Shown: positions 19,144 through 32,400 of the stretch, one piece after another | Layout: every line of letters begins with the position of its first letter | Position numbering within the stretch: position 1 is the first letter of the stretch | Assembly: GCA_048213135.1 (NCBI GenBank) | Contig: PS015032.1 | Coordinates: 144,096-208,095, forward strand | Source of the DNA: Reclinomonas americana ATCC 50394 | Taxonomy: Eukaryota | Length of the DNA stretch: 64,000 nucleotides | Reading direction: 5' to 3' | Translations under genes and position numbers: made by a program | Notes under the pieces: model-generated | Database searches by the model: none | Seen by the model: the letters and a program-made list of their open reading frames with translations, nothing else | Told to the model about the DNA's origin: nothing

Positions 19144-22100
19144 TGAATCTGCATCTGGTGCTCCTCCTGTCGCTTTCGCGCCTCCTCCTCGCGCTTCAGT
19201 GCCTCGCGCTTGCGCTCCCGCTCCAGCCGATCGCGCTCCGACTTCCACTCCTGCTGCCGCCGAAACTCCTCCTCCGCCGCCTCCTTCACCCGCTGCTCCT
19301 CCTCGCGCTGCTTCCGCGCCTTCTCCTCCTCTCTCCGCGCCTTCTCTTGCTCCCACTCGCGCTTCCGTCGCACTCGCTCCGCCTCCAGCTCCGCCTGCCG
19401 CTGCTCCATTTGCGCCTGCTTCTCCGCCTCCACGCGCCGCCGCTGCTCCGCGATCTCCTCCGCCTGCATCAGCGTGGCAATCTCGCGCTCCTGCTTGCGC
19501 TTCAGCTTCTCCAGCCGGTTCATCTCCACGTCGAGCGCCGACGACGCATCGGTCGACAGTCCGTTCCACTCGGTGGCGGTGCGCTTGCCCGGTGGCACCC
19601 ACAGACCGCGCTCCTCCTCGTGGCACACGTTGGCGTACTCGGCGCGCGCTTGCTCCAGTTTTTCGTGGCGGCGCGATTCGTGGTGGTCGTAGCGGAGTTG
19701 GATGATTTCGGGGGGGATGCCGGGTTCGCGGAAGTCGGTGCGGGGGCTGCGAAAGGGGGAAGGGGGGAAAGGGGAAGGGTAATGAGGGAAAGGGGGAGGG
19801 GAAAGGGGGAAGGGAGGGGAAAGGGGGAGGGAAGGGAGAGGGNNNNNNNNNNNNNNNNNNNNNNNNNNNNNNNNNNNNNNNNNNNNNNNNNNNNNNNNNN
19901 NNNNNNNNNNNNNNNNNNNNNNNNNNNNNNNNNNNNNNNNNNNNNNNNNNNNNNNNNNNNNNNNNNNNNNNNNNNNNNNNNNNNNNNGCGCCAGCAGCAG
20001 GTGCAGGCGGAGGAGGCGGAGCGGCGGCGGGTGGAGATGGAGCAGCGGGAGCGTGAGCGGCAGGACTACATTCGCGCGCAAAAGGAGCAGCGTGCGCGCG
20101 CCGTGGCCGAGCAGCAGGCGCGCACCAAGATGCGCGTGGAGATGGCTCTGTCGCGCGACAAGGAGCAGCTGGAGCGGGCGCGCGAGGAGTTTCGGGAACG
20201 GCAGCGGCAGACCGAGGAGCGACGTCGGCAGTTTGAGCACGAGCGCGAGGAGCGCAAGCGGCAGAATCAGCAGCGTGCCGAGCAAAAGGCGCGCGAGATT
20301 CAGGAGACGCAGGAGCGCATGCACCAGGTGGAGTCGGAGAGGAAGCGGACGATTGAGGAGCAGCAGGGGGCCATGGAGGAGCGGCTGAGAAGGCGCGAGG
20401 AGGAGATGAAGCAGTGGGAGACGGAGCGCAAGGCGTACGAGGAGCGCAAGGAGGAGGAGCGCAAGGCCAAGTTGCGCAAGATGAACGAGATGATGGAGAG
20501 CCGCAAGCAGGAGCTGCTGCACCGGCAGCAGGAGGAGGAGATGCTGGTGCAGCAGGCCAAGGAGAAGCAGGAGCGCGATCGGCTGCTCAAGCTGGAAATG
20601 GAGCGGTTGAACAAGTTGGAGAAGCAGGAGAATATCGAGCGGTTGAAGCGGGTGGAGGATTACCGGCGGCAGCAGCATCTCGAGCGCATTCATGAGGAGG
20701 ATGCGCGGGCGCAGCAGGTGAAGCGCAAGAAGGAGGAGTTGGTGGAGAAGGTATGAAAGGGGAAGGGATGGGGGGAGGGGGATTGAGGGGAAGGGTGCTG
20801 AATGAGTGTGTGCGCACAGCGAAAGGCCATGCAGCGGGAGGCGGCGGAGCAAAAGGCGTTGATTATGAGGCAGCTGGAGCAGGCGAAGAAGCAGGGGAAG
20901 ATGCAGTTGCGATGAAAGGGAAGGGAGAAGGGCAAGGGGGTAAAGGGGGAAGAAAGGGGAAGGGAGGGAGGGAGAGGGAGGAGGGAAAGGAGAAGGGGAG
21001 GAAAGGGGAGGGAGTGTTGTTTGGTGGAAAGAGAAGAAGCGCATTGCTATCGTGTTGCGCATGTGTCATTATTGCTGACTACCTTTCGACAATGCACAGA
21101 GGTGGATCGATCATGTCGCCAACGCCCTCGGATGGCAGGCTCAGTGCGCGGACGCCGATGAGTTGCGTTCTCTTTGACGATGTTTCTGCCCATCTCTTGT
21201 CTCTCCTCTGTTTCTCTGCTCTCTTTTCGTCTCTGTCTCTGTCTCTGTTTGTCTCTCTCTCTGTCTCTCTCTCTCTCTCTTCCCCTTTCCTTTCCCCGGA
21301 TCATTGCTCACTCCTCCCTTTTACTCGTAGATGGTCACGGCCACGGCGCACCGACATCGGCTGCGCCTCCGGAGAGCGAGTCGCGACCGCAGTCCGCACC
21401 AATTGGTCGATCAATTGGCAGCGCGCCGCGTCGGCCTCCACCGCCGCGCAAGCAAGTGGTGCAAGGTTTGTGTGATGAGAGAGAGGAGATGTCTATTGAT
21501 AGGCGCTCATGTCACTCGCAGCGCCAACCATTGTGACCACCACTGTGCCAGGACCACCGCCACCCGTGGGCAGTGCGGCTTCCGAGTCGGGAGCGATGAG
21601 TGGGCATGGCATGTCGTCGGATTTGGGGGTGCCGACCAAGCCGATCAAGTGAGTCGAAAGGGCGAAGAGGGGGGAAGGGGGGAGGGAGGGAGAAGGGGGA
21701 AGGAGGGAGAAGGGGAGAAGGGGAGAAGGGGGAAGGGGAGGAGGGGAGAAGGGGGAAGGATGCGAAAGAGGAAGAGAGGGCTTGCTAATGTTTTGAATAT
21801 CTTCTGCCTCGAAAGAGCTGGGTATCTTCAGGTGGTGTTACATTGTCGAATCTGCATGGGTTATCTCGTTTTACTCGTCGTGTCTGTCCTTTCTGCTCAC
21901 GTGTAACGCATCTCTCCGTTTCGCTCAGATCCTCCTTTCATTTATTGTATCTGTTCTCTGAGATTGCGAGCATCTCAGCGAGAGAGAGAGAGAGGAGGGA
22001 GAGGGAGAGAGTGGGAGAGACAGAGGTGGGCGAGAGAGGGAGAGAGAGGGAGAGAGAGGAGAGAGGAGGGGGAGAAAGAGGAGTGTGAGAGAGAGGCAGA

Positions 22101-23159
22101 GGCAGAGAGAGAGAGAGAGAGAGAGGAGGAGAGAGAGAGAGAGAGGAGGAGAGGAGGAAGAGAGAGAGGAGAGAGAGAGAGAGAGTGGAGCGTCATTGCG
22201 TTGAGGGCTGGCATTGCATTCTTGCTTGTCTCACATCTCTTTCTCTGTTTTTGCGTTGTGTTTTCTCTGTCTCTCTGTCGTTGTGTTGAGAAGCTGGCAT
22301 CGCATTCTTGCTTTCACGCATCTCTTTCTGTCTTTGTATTGTGTTTTCTCTGTCTCTCTGTCATTGTGAGAGGCTGGTATTGCATTCTTGGTTGTCACGC
22401 ATCTCTCTGTCTTTGTATTGTGTCTTCTCTGTCTCTTTGTTGTTGTGTTGAGAGACTGGCATTGCATTCTTGCTTTCACGCATCTCTCTCTGTCTTTGTA
22501 TTGTGTTTTCTCTGTCTTTCTGTCATTGTGTTGAGAGGCTGTTATTGCACTCTTGCTTGTCACGCATCTCTCTGTCTTTGTATTGTGTTTTCTCTGTCTC
22601 TCTGTCATTGCGTTGAGAGGCTGGCATTGCATTCTTGCTTGTCTCGCATCTCTCTGTCTTTGTATTGTGTTTTCTCTGTCTCTCTGTCATTGTGTTGAGA
22701 AGCTGGCATCGCATTCTTCTTTGTCTCACATCTCTCTCTGTCGTTGTGTTGTGCTTTCTCTGTCTCTTTGTTGTGTGTTGAGAGGCTGGCATTGCATTCT
22801 TGCTTGTCTCGCATCTCTTTCTCTGTTTTTGCGTTGTGTTTTCTCTGTCTCTCTGTCATTGTGTTGAGAAGCTGGCATCGCTTCTTCTTTATTCCGTTAT
22901 CTCTCTCTGTCTTTGCATTGTGTTTTCTCTGCTTCTTTATCATTGCGTTGAGAGGCTGGCATTTCATTCTTGCTTGTCTCGCATCTCTCTCTCTGTCTTT
23001 GTGTTGTGGTTGTCTCTCCGTCATTGTGTTGAGAGGCTGGCATTGCATTCTCGTTCGTCTCGCATCTCTCTCTTTTTGTGTTGTGTTTTCTCTGTCTCTC
23101 TGTCATTGTGTTGAGAGACTGGCATCGCAGTCTTGTTTATTCCGTTATCTATCTCTTCT

Positions 23160-23198
<39 letters not shown>

Positions 23199-25231
23199 TC
23201 TGCACGTTCCTCATCCCTTTCTCGACTTCCGTCGTTTCTGTGCTCTTGGACTGTTGCTGGCAGCTGAAATGTGGGGAACGAGATGTACGAGAGATTACAG
23301 AGTGCCAATCTCACACTTCCTGTCTCTTTTCCTGTCTCTCCTTGCTCTTCTCTCCTCTGTCTCTCTCTCGCTCTTCCTCTCTCTTTCCTCACAAACAGGC
23401 AGACATGCACGAGGACATAAAATACAGAGAGCAAGGGAGCACACTGTTTACGCAGATCTCTCTCTCTGTCGCTGTCTGTCTTTCTCCAGGACTGTGCAGA
23501 TAGCGGAACATCACTTCTGGATAATCCTACATTGCATTGTCGACCCGCTCATTGCCATTTCCCCCTTTCCTTCTCCTTTCCCTCCCCCACAGACCCCGCC
23601 GCCAGCAACCACCCATCAGCCCAACCCACAGCTCACCCTCGTCGGCCACGCACCAAGCCGCTGCGGCCTACGCCCCGAGGCAACCGGCCAAGGTTCCTTG
23701 CTTGTCACGCACATCCCCATCCTCTCGCACACCTGCTTACCTTCCCTCTCGCGTTGCAGCCCAAGCCCAAGGCCAACAAGGCGGCGCGCAAGAGTGGCAC
23801 CAACGCCGGGTGGGAGCGCATTGAGTTGCTGAAGAAGCGACAGAACCAGGATCTCCTCGCACTGCTGGAGGAGGAGCAAGAAAAAGAGAATCAGAGGGAG
23901 CAGATCAAGGCCAATGTGCGTCTCGCCGCAGCAGCTGCGTGTGTGCATGTCTTTGAGGCTTACTATGTGAGCTGTAGGTCACCGATACGACGGAAATGGA
24001 GCGTCTGGAGAAGATCTTTGGCATTGAGCGGGCCAAGGCCAATGAGAATATCATGCGCGTTGTCGAGTTGCGTGCGAGAGGGAGAGGGAGGGAGGGAGAG
24101 GGGAGAGGGAGAGAGAGAGTGAGGGAGAGAGAGAGGAGGGAGGGAGGGAGGGAGAAGGAGCGAGAGAGAAAGAGCGGAGAGAGGAGAGAGAGAGAGAAGA
24201 GAAGAGAGAGAAGAGAGAGAGAGATTCAGAGAAAGAGAGAGAGGGAGGGAGAGACCTGCATCCGTGTCAATCACAAGGAGAGTGAGTTCGTCACGATCGC
24301 CACTGCTGGCAATTATTGATCAAAGACAGAACGTATGCTGAATGTGACAAAGAGGACACCCGTGCACATGCAGCTGCGACTGGCCTAAAGGCAGCAGAGT
24401 GGTGCGTGAGAAAGTGAGAGAGAGAGCTGAGAGAGAGAGAGCGAGGTGAGAGAGGGAAAGACACAAAAGGCGAAGAGGCTNNNNNNNNNNNNNNNNNNNN
24501 NNNNNNNNNNNNNNNNNNNNNNNNNNNNNNNNNNNNNNNNNNNNNNNNNNNNNNNNNNNNNNNNNNNNGCAAAGAGAGAGAGAGAGAGCTAGATAGTGAG
24601 TGTGAGAGAGAGAGGAAGGGAGAGACCTGCATCCGTGTCAATCACAAGGAGAGTGCGTTTGGCCACTGCTGGCCATTATTGATCAAAGACAGAACGAATG
24701 CAGAATGTGACAGAGAGGACACCCGTGCACATGCAGNNNNNNNNNNNNNNNNNNNNNNNNNNNNNNNNNNNNNNNNNNNNNNNNNNNNNNNNNNNNNNNN
24801 NNNNNNNNNNNNNNNNNNNNNNNNNNNNNNNNNNNNNNNNNNNNNNNNNNNNNNNNNNNNNNNNNNNNNNNNNNNNNNNNNNNNNNNNNNNNNNTACCAG
24901 CTGCGAAAAGGCAGCAGCAGAATGGTGCTTGAGAGAGAGAGAGAGTGTGTGCTGAGAGAGAGAGAGAGAGGTGTGTGAGAGAGACGAGGGAGAGAGAGAG
25001 AGGTGTGTGAGAGACAGGGGAGAAAGAGGGGGCGAGAGAGGGAGAGAGGGAGAGAGGGAGAGAGAGAGAGAGGGAGGTAGAGAGACGAAAGGCGAAAGAG
25101 GCAGAGAGAGGTAGAGAGCGTGAGAGAGGCCTGGTTGCCACTCGCTGATTGCATTCGTTCTCACGACTGAAAACAGGTTGCATGAACGCGAGATCCTGGA
25201 CACAATGGCCAAATACGGCCTCACAGCATAG
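19144..25231 (+). CDS. Trichohyalin-like E/R/Q/K-rich coiled-coil protein (possibly flagellar or cytoskeletal); 5' partial, exon at 19144-19750 shown on the minus strand
   Basis: Exons 19988-20750 and 20820-20905 join in phase 2 (GTTGCG donor) to 21100. Further exons continue to LLALLEEEQEKENQRE…ERLEKIFGIERAKANENIMRVVE and a last exon 25177-25231 (LHEREILDTMAKYGLTA*). A minus-strand block of the same composition lies between the gaps. Confidence 0.7.
22195..23140. repeat. Intronic tandem repeat, ~75 bp unit, ~12 copies
   Basis: Repeated tgtcattgtgttgagaggctggcattgcattcttgcttgtctcgcatctctctgtctttgtattgtgttttctctgtctctc. Confidence 0.9.
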
Positions 25232-25590
25232 TCTGCTGTCCCGTTTTTTTCCTTTACGTGCGTGTGCGAGCGTACTTTATTTTGTCTGTTGTCGACGGAC
25301 CGTAGGCGTGTGTGTCAGTGGGTGGTTGTTGTTTCTGTAATGAAAGTGATGCCGGAGTTTGAGTTGCTGTCAGACACGTCTTGTCAGGCAGATTTTGTTT
25401 GCGTCTTCATGGCATGTGTATTCGTGGAGGGAAGGCAGAGGAAGAGGACCTGGCGGAGAGAGAGTGGAAAGCAAAGCAGATACAGAGTAACCTGGCTGGA
25501 ACAGACAGACCGCTGCCGGGTTTGACAGGATTGTTGTCCGCCCGCATCGTTTCTCTCTCTGCACTCTGTTGCGCACACGCACACACACAC

Positions 25591-27680
25591 ATGTCTGACG
25601 TGGACGATCGCGCGCCGGCCGAGGCCGCAGCGCCCAAGGAGGAGCCGCGTGATTTTGAGAAAGAGTTGCAGGATCTCCATCGCTTGCTGGCCACCAAGGC
25701 CGAGGAGCTTGCGGTGGCCGACGCAAAGACTCGGGAGACTGTGGCGTCGCTCCAAGCTCTCGTTGAGGAGAGGCGCATCGCCCAGGAGGCGTGGGAGGCT
25801 GAGAAGGAGGCCTTGCGTGCAGAGGTCGAGTCGCTGCGTGCCGATCGGGTGGCTCGCGATGAGGAGGTTGGTCGACTGCTTGCCGAGGTTGGCAGGCTGC
25901 AGGCCGAGAAGGAGGCCGCCGATGCCGAGAGCAGCAGGGTGCGAGCTGAGAAGGATGACGAGATCGGCAGGGTTCGTGCCGAGAAGGATGACGAGATCGG
26001 CAGGGTGCGAGCCGAGAAGGATGAGGAGATCGGCAGGGTGCGCGCCGAGAAGGATGACGAGATCAGCAGGGTGCGCGCCGAGAAGGATGAGGAGATCGGC
26101 AGGGTTCGTGCCGAGAAGGATGCCGAGAAGGATGCAGCGATTTGCCAACTGCGCGCCGAGAAGGACGACGAGATCGGCAGGGTGCGACTCGAGAAGGAGG
26201 CCGCGGATGCAGCGACTGGCCAACTGCGCGCCGAGAAGGATGACGAGATCTGCAGGGTGCGTGCCGAGAAGGAGGCCGCCCAAGCCGACATGGACAGGCT
26301 GCGCGTCCTTCTTGACGAGGCCACGGCAGAAGTGGCGCATCTGCGAGGCCGCTTGCTGGAGGCCGAGGAGGTGGCGGCCAAGCCGCTGCAGTTGGAGCGC
26401 ATGGATGCCAAGCTGGAAAAGTTGTTGCAAATGGTGGGCAAGCACCTGGACGTGTTGCAGCCGCTGTTGCTGTCGGTCGAGAGCACGATGGTCGCCGAGC
26501 CCGTGGTCGATCGCGACGACGATGTCTATGATGACGACGACGACCTTTCACAACCTGATGTGGATGAGGAGGACATTGAACTGCTCGAGGAGTGCGTCGC
26601 CGAGTCCACGGCACCTACTTCGCCTGCGCCGGTCACGCCGGTGGCTATCGTCACCGCTGCTGCTGCTGCTGCTTCTCCTGCGCCTGCGCCTGGAGAGATC
26701 TCTGTCACCACCGCTGCGGGGAGCAGTGCCCTTTCGCCACCGCCACCGTCACCGCTGCTGCTCATGGTGCCGCGACGGAGTGGCGAGCGGCGCACCTTCC
26801 CGAAAGTCAAGGTGATCAATGGCACCGTCGGCTGCCGCGCGGAGGCGTTTGGGAGCCTCCGCTGGCAGCTGTCGATGCACAATCGTGGCGGTGGCAATGG
26901 GTGGGATTGGAGTGAGAATGCGGCGGGGGCGGGGCCGGAGGTGGGGGTGATGTTGGTGATGGATGTGGTGGTGGCGGAGGAGGGGGGTGGGGTGGGGGTG
27001 GTGGGTGATGTGGAGGTGGTGAGGAGGGCGGCGGGGGAGAGGAGGGGTGAGTAAGGAAAGGGGAAGGGGGTGGAGGGGGAAGAAGGAGGTGGAGGGGAGG
27101 GGGGAAGGGGAAGGGGGAGGAGGGGAAGGGGGAGAGGGTGANNNNNNNNNNNNNNNNNNNNNNNNNNNNNNNNNNNNNNNNNNNNNNNNNNNNNNNNNNN
27201 NNNNNNNNNNNNNNNNNNNNNNNNNNNNNNNNNNNNNNNNNNNNNNNNNNNNNNNNNNNNNNNNNNNNNNNNNNNNNNNNNNNNNNNNNNNNNNNNNNNN
27301 NNNNNNNNNNNNNNNNNNNNNNNNNNNNNNNNNNNNNNNNNNNNNNNNNNNNNNNNNNNNNNNNNNNNNNNNNNNNNNNNNNNNNNNNNNNNNNNNNNNN
27401 NNNNNNNNNNNNNNNNNNNNNNNNNNNNNNNNNNNNNNNNNNNNNNNNNNNNNNNNNNNNNNNNNNNNNNNNNNNNNNNNNNNNNNNNNNNNNNNNNNNN
27501 NNNNNNNNNNNNNNNNNNNNNNNNNNNNNNNNNNNNNNNNNNNNNNNNNNNNNNNNNNNNNNNNNNNNNNNNNNNNNNNNNNNNNNNNNNNNNNGGGGGG
27601 ATAAGGGGAAGGGGGAGGAGGGGAAGGCGAAGAAGAGGAAGATGAGCTGGGTCTTCTTCTTCTTCTTCTTCTTCTTCTTC

Positions 27681-27712
<32 letters not shown>

Positions 27713-28855
27713 CTTGTTGTACTTGTTGTTGCTGTTGTCGTGGTTCTTCTTTTCTTCTTCTCCTCCTCCTCCTCCTACTTCTTCTTCATCTTCTGGTTGT
27801 TGTGGTCATTGTGTTGTTGTTGTTGTTGTTATTGTTGTTGTACATGTTGTTGTTGTTGTTGTTGGTGTTGTTTTTTGTTGATGTCTTCGTCTCCATCATC
27901 CTCTTCTTGTTCTTCTTCTTCTCCTCCTCTCTTCCTCCTCCCTTCTTCTTCTTGTTGTTGTCCTTTTCTCTGCCACTTCTTTCCTCTTGTCCGTCTTCCT
28001 GCAGCTTTTCCTCTCTCCTTTTCTTGTTCTTGTTTTCTCCTCGTCCATCTTCCCTCTTCTCGTCGCCCTCTTTTCCTTCTTTTTTGTTCATGTCCCCCTC
28101 TTGTTCCTCCTTCGTCTGCCTCTTGTTGTTGTTATTCTTCTTCTTCTTTTCCTCCTCCTCCTCCTCCTGTTTCCTCTTCCTTTTTCTTGTCCTTTTCTTG
28201 TTGTTGCTGTTGTTCTTATTCTTCTTCCTCCACCTCGTGTTTCTCTTTGTTCTTTTTCTTGTTTTGTTGTTGTTGTTGTTCTTTTTCTCCTCACCACTCC
28301 TCCTGTTCCTCTTGCTCCCTCTTGTTGATGTTGTTGTTGTTATGTTGTGGTCGAGGTTCTTCTTCTTGTTCTTGTTCTTCTCCTCCTTCAACTTCTTCTT
28401 CTTCTTCTTCTCGTCGTACTCTTGTTCTTGTTCTTCTCCTTCTTGTGCTGTTGTTGTTGTTGCTCTTCTTCGTCTCTTTCTCCTGTTCCTCTTCCTTGCA
28501 GTTGTTGCAGTGTTCTTCTCCCCTCTTGATCTCCTTTCTTCTGGTGTGGCTCACTCAATTGCCTTCGCAGTGGACCTCAAGGACGGCCGATCGGTGCTGG
28601 TGATCATGGTGGCGGAGGCCAGTGCCGCCACGGTGGTGCCGCTGGTTCGCGAGCGACTGGTGCCGGACGTGGTGTCGTCGCAGGAGGAGCTGTTCTTTTT
28701 GGTGGTCACCCAGGAAGTGAAGACAAGTGAGTAGGTGGAGGGGTGTGGTGGTAACGAGTGGTGTGCTGATTGAGTGGCGTTTGTGTGCAGACAAGCTGGC
28801 ACTCACGCGGGAAGGGACTGCGGCGATGCGGGGGGCGGCAGCGTGGTTTGATTGA
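25591..28855 (+). CDS. Coiled-coil protein with 11-aa repeats (RVRAEKDDEIG), acidic and Pro/Ala linker, and C-terminal alpha/beta domain (distant paralog of the 29412 and 46537 genes)
   Basis: ATG at 25591. Open exon to ~27046 (G|GTGAGT), exon ~28570-28726 (VDLKDGRSVLVIMV…) and probable last exon 28791-28855 (…AAAWFD*). 33-nt coding repeats at ~25935-26270. Confidence 0.75.
27650..28520. repeat. Intronic low-complexity trinucleotide mosaic (CTT/GTT/CCT)
   Basis: Almost A-free run of ctt/gtt/cct triplets. Confidence 0.9.
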
Positions 28856-29411
28856 GGCGAGGGAGGAGAGTTGGTGATGGTGAAGCAATGAAAGAAAGCA
28901 GTTTTCAGTGACGACAGACATGCTTCTCTCTTGTATGTTTGTAGCGCACACTGCAGCAAAGCGAAGCAAAGTGACAGGCAGTGCATCTGTGCAAGAGGTC
29001 GGGAAATACTAATAGATCGATGTGCTTCTTGGCTGCTGTCTTTGTGAACTCTGCCTATCAAATGCGCTGGAGCATCAGTGTGAGTGTTGGTGTGTGCGCA
29101 GTGTGGTGTGCGTGTTCGGTTGCAATCTGACACTTTTTGTCTGCTTTCTGGGTGACATCTTCACGCCTTGTGTACTGTGGGTTGGAAAGGAGGAAGTAGA
29201 GCGGAGGGAGAACACTGGTCGATGGTGGAGTGCGTGATGTTGCCGTCAGCCGGGTTCCACATACACGACAGGAACCAGTCAGCCGGACGATTGACAGCCT
29301 ATATTTCGCACTCATCGCGGAGCACAGAGGTCGCGACTTCGAGAGCATTGTGTCGTCACTTTGGCAACTACGGGGTGTACAGGGAGTAGAGCGCGCGTGG
29401 CAGAGGCGGAT

Positions 29412-32400
29412 ATGACGCGAGTGACATTGACGTTCACTCGAAGTTTAAAGCGCGGCGACCAGTCGCCACTGAGCAAAGGCTTGTTTCACATTGACTTGCA
29501 TTCTGGTAGTGTGTTGTGCAGCTCACCTTTTTGTTTTCCTTGTAGTGTTCCTTGTCATCAAGGATCCGAAGACTGGGAAATGGCCTGGGTCCGAACCAGT
29601 GGAGGAGACCACGTATGGAGCAGGGTCCAAAATCCGCTTGTGCTTTCAACGTGGATGTGGTTGGGAGGCGTGTGTTAGTCTCCCGATTGGCGAGCAGCGC
29701 TTCACAGTGAGTTGACTTCCTGCACTTGAATTTCGCGCATGCAGAAGCTCACCCGAAAATCAGTTCTTTGTTATCTTCCAGAATCGAGATAGGGCGTGGC
29801 TTCCAAGCGCGCATTACGACACGATCATGGATGAGCATCTCGGTCACCAGGTCAACACGGTGATGATCTCCAAGCCAGCGAAGAGTTCGTGGGAAGACGA
29901 GTACCACGCTCGTCTTGAGACGGAGAACGACAGAGACGAACTTATGGTGCAAGTTGACGAGCTTTCCGGCGAAGTCAAGTTCTTGCGAGCGGAGGGCCGT
30001 CGACTTGCAGCTTCTCTGCAGGAGTACGGCCGCATGGTGGCAGAGCGAGACGAACAGGTGCGGGGTCTGGAGGAGCAAGTCGCCGCGCTGCGCGCGGCAG
30101 CAAACGAAGCCTACCTGATGACGAGACAACGCGAAGACGAGTTGGTCCATCTGAGGGCCGAGAATCACAGACTGACCGAATCCGGCAACATGGTGGCTTT
30201 CTTGGAGGCTGACAGCCGCAACCTGAAGGCGGAACGCGATCAACTGCGTTCCGACAGGGACAACTTGGCGAGTGAACTTGAGCGCCTGCGTACTGCGGCG
30301 CCGACGCAGACGCCAACGCCGATGCCACAGCCAAATCCGGCATCGGAGCCACTTGTGCAGCTGCAAGCTCCAGCCGGCTTCGAGGTTGTCGATGCAGAAG
30401 GCGTTCCACGCGACGTCCAAACACGAGTTGGCGAGCTCATTCGTCAATGCCGCTATGGCAGCTCATTGAGCGAAGTTGCCTTGCGCCGTGTACTCGAGGG
30501 CCTTGTCGAGGCCCACGACCGGCAGCTTGCGGAGATTCAACACCAGCAGCGCCGTTGCGAGGACCTCAACACGACTCTGGTCAGCATCTCGAAAGAGCGC
30601 GACAGCCTGCGCGGTGAGCTGGCGAGCCGAACGTCGGCACCGTCGGAAAGCGGCGAGCTGCTTCGCCGGTACGGTGAGGCTTCGCAACAGCTGGTCGAAG
30701 CCAACAAGCAGATCGGATCACTCACTGCAACTCTGGAGGCCACAAGTCAAGCCATTCTGGCGAAAGAGGCAGTTGTCGAGCAAGTGACGCAACGGTTCAC
30801 CACCTCGGAAGCTCGATGCGGTGAACTACAGCAGCAAGTCCATCAACAACAGCGCCAGGTTGACGAGCTTCGCGGCGAGGCCAGTCGCGCTACGACTCTG
30901 GCCGAGTTCAACAGCACACTCAAGGCTCAAGTTGTCACGCTTGCGGACCAGCTTGCAGACGCCTCCAACAGGGCGGCAGCGGAGAAGGCGCGAGCGGACG
31001 ATTTGCAACATCGATACAAGTTGTTGCAGGATGACCACGACCAAGCGGAAACGAATCTCATCGAGCTCCGCAACGCCGTGGACACCCTCGGAAAAGCGAA
31101 GGAGTCCCTCCAGACCGCGGCCCGTGACTGGGAACGCGCTGCCGTCTCCAACAAGTCGATGATGGAGGAACGCGGCGCTCTGCTCATGTGCACCCTGGAA
31201 CGACTGAGGAACCTTGACTTCAGTCCGGAGTTGGACCTGGAGCATTGGCGAGCCTCTGCCACCGAGGCAGCGTCGCGGTCGACGGCCTCGACTGACGAGG
31301 AATCAGACCTCGCGTCCAAACTTCGAGAGGCGTTGGTATCAGCACGCCATCTTCTGGAGCGCAGGCTTGCTGACGAGAAGGCGCCGGCCGACGCTCAACA
31401 TGAATTGTTGAACCAGGTGAACGCCATCATCTTTGGGTACGAGGCGGCGTACGGCTGTGCCACCACGACAACAACGATCACAGACACACCACTGCGGCTC
31501 CAGCGGTTGCTGAAATGCATTCATGAACGAGTCATCAAGCCCACAGTCGAGTTCCAGGAGCAGCTACTTGGCTGGTCGTCGGCTGAGCGGCTCGAAATGG
31601 ACGTGATGCAGCGACTGGACGAGTCCAAGTTTGGTCTGACGAAGCAACATCAACAGGTCATTGGTGCGCTGGCGGCCTTGGTGCCAGAACAGGAGCGCCA
31701 GGGAACGCTCAGCCTCACCGACGTCGTCGCCCGCGCCGACGAGGAGCGTCTTCAGCCAGCCGACAGTCGCTCTTGGACTGCGAGGAGTCTCGAGGACGCG
31801 GTGCGCAACATCATCGACATGGTCAACGATGCCAGCCACCGCCTGTCAGCTGTACTGCCACATCGCCTGCGGCACGAACGGGCCACGCTCGTCGACATCG
31901 AGAATGCCACGACAACAACAATGCGCGACATTTGTAACAAGCTCGCTACGGCACTTCAACGCAGCTCCGGTGAAGTCGCTGTTGACGTGACCTTGGCTGT
32001 CGACAGTATTATCCTGGAGCGGGATTCGGCAATTGCCGACGTGGATCGGCTAGTCGAGGCTGCTGACAAGGTGCGCCTGCACTTCACGGAGAACACGCCA
32101 AGAGAACAGCAACACCAGATTGTGCAGCGACGCACGGGACAGCAACAACAACGACGGGTGGACCGAGCCGCCGCAAACCTGGAGCAAGCCGCTGAGTCTT
32201 GCATGAATTACTGGAAGACGCAGTGCAGCCACTTGGATGCAACATTGCAGGAGCGGGTTGTCGAACGCGAGAGGCTTCACGAGGAGCTGCGAGTTTCGAA
32301 TAAGCACATTCAACAATTGCAGGCGGACATACAGGCGGAACGAGACGAAGCCAAGAAGCAGTTTGAACAACTGCAACTGGCCATTACTACTGCCGCCAAG

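Noticed and set aside
21092-21160. Separate gene starting at ATG 21092
   Set aside because: An in-phase GTTGCG…CAG intron (20906-21099) joins it to the upstream coiled-coil exons
27740-28603. 287-310 aa Cys/Ser- or Leu/Phe-rich ORFs
   Set aside because: Artefact of an A-poor trinucleotide tract that cannot form stops; lies within an intron
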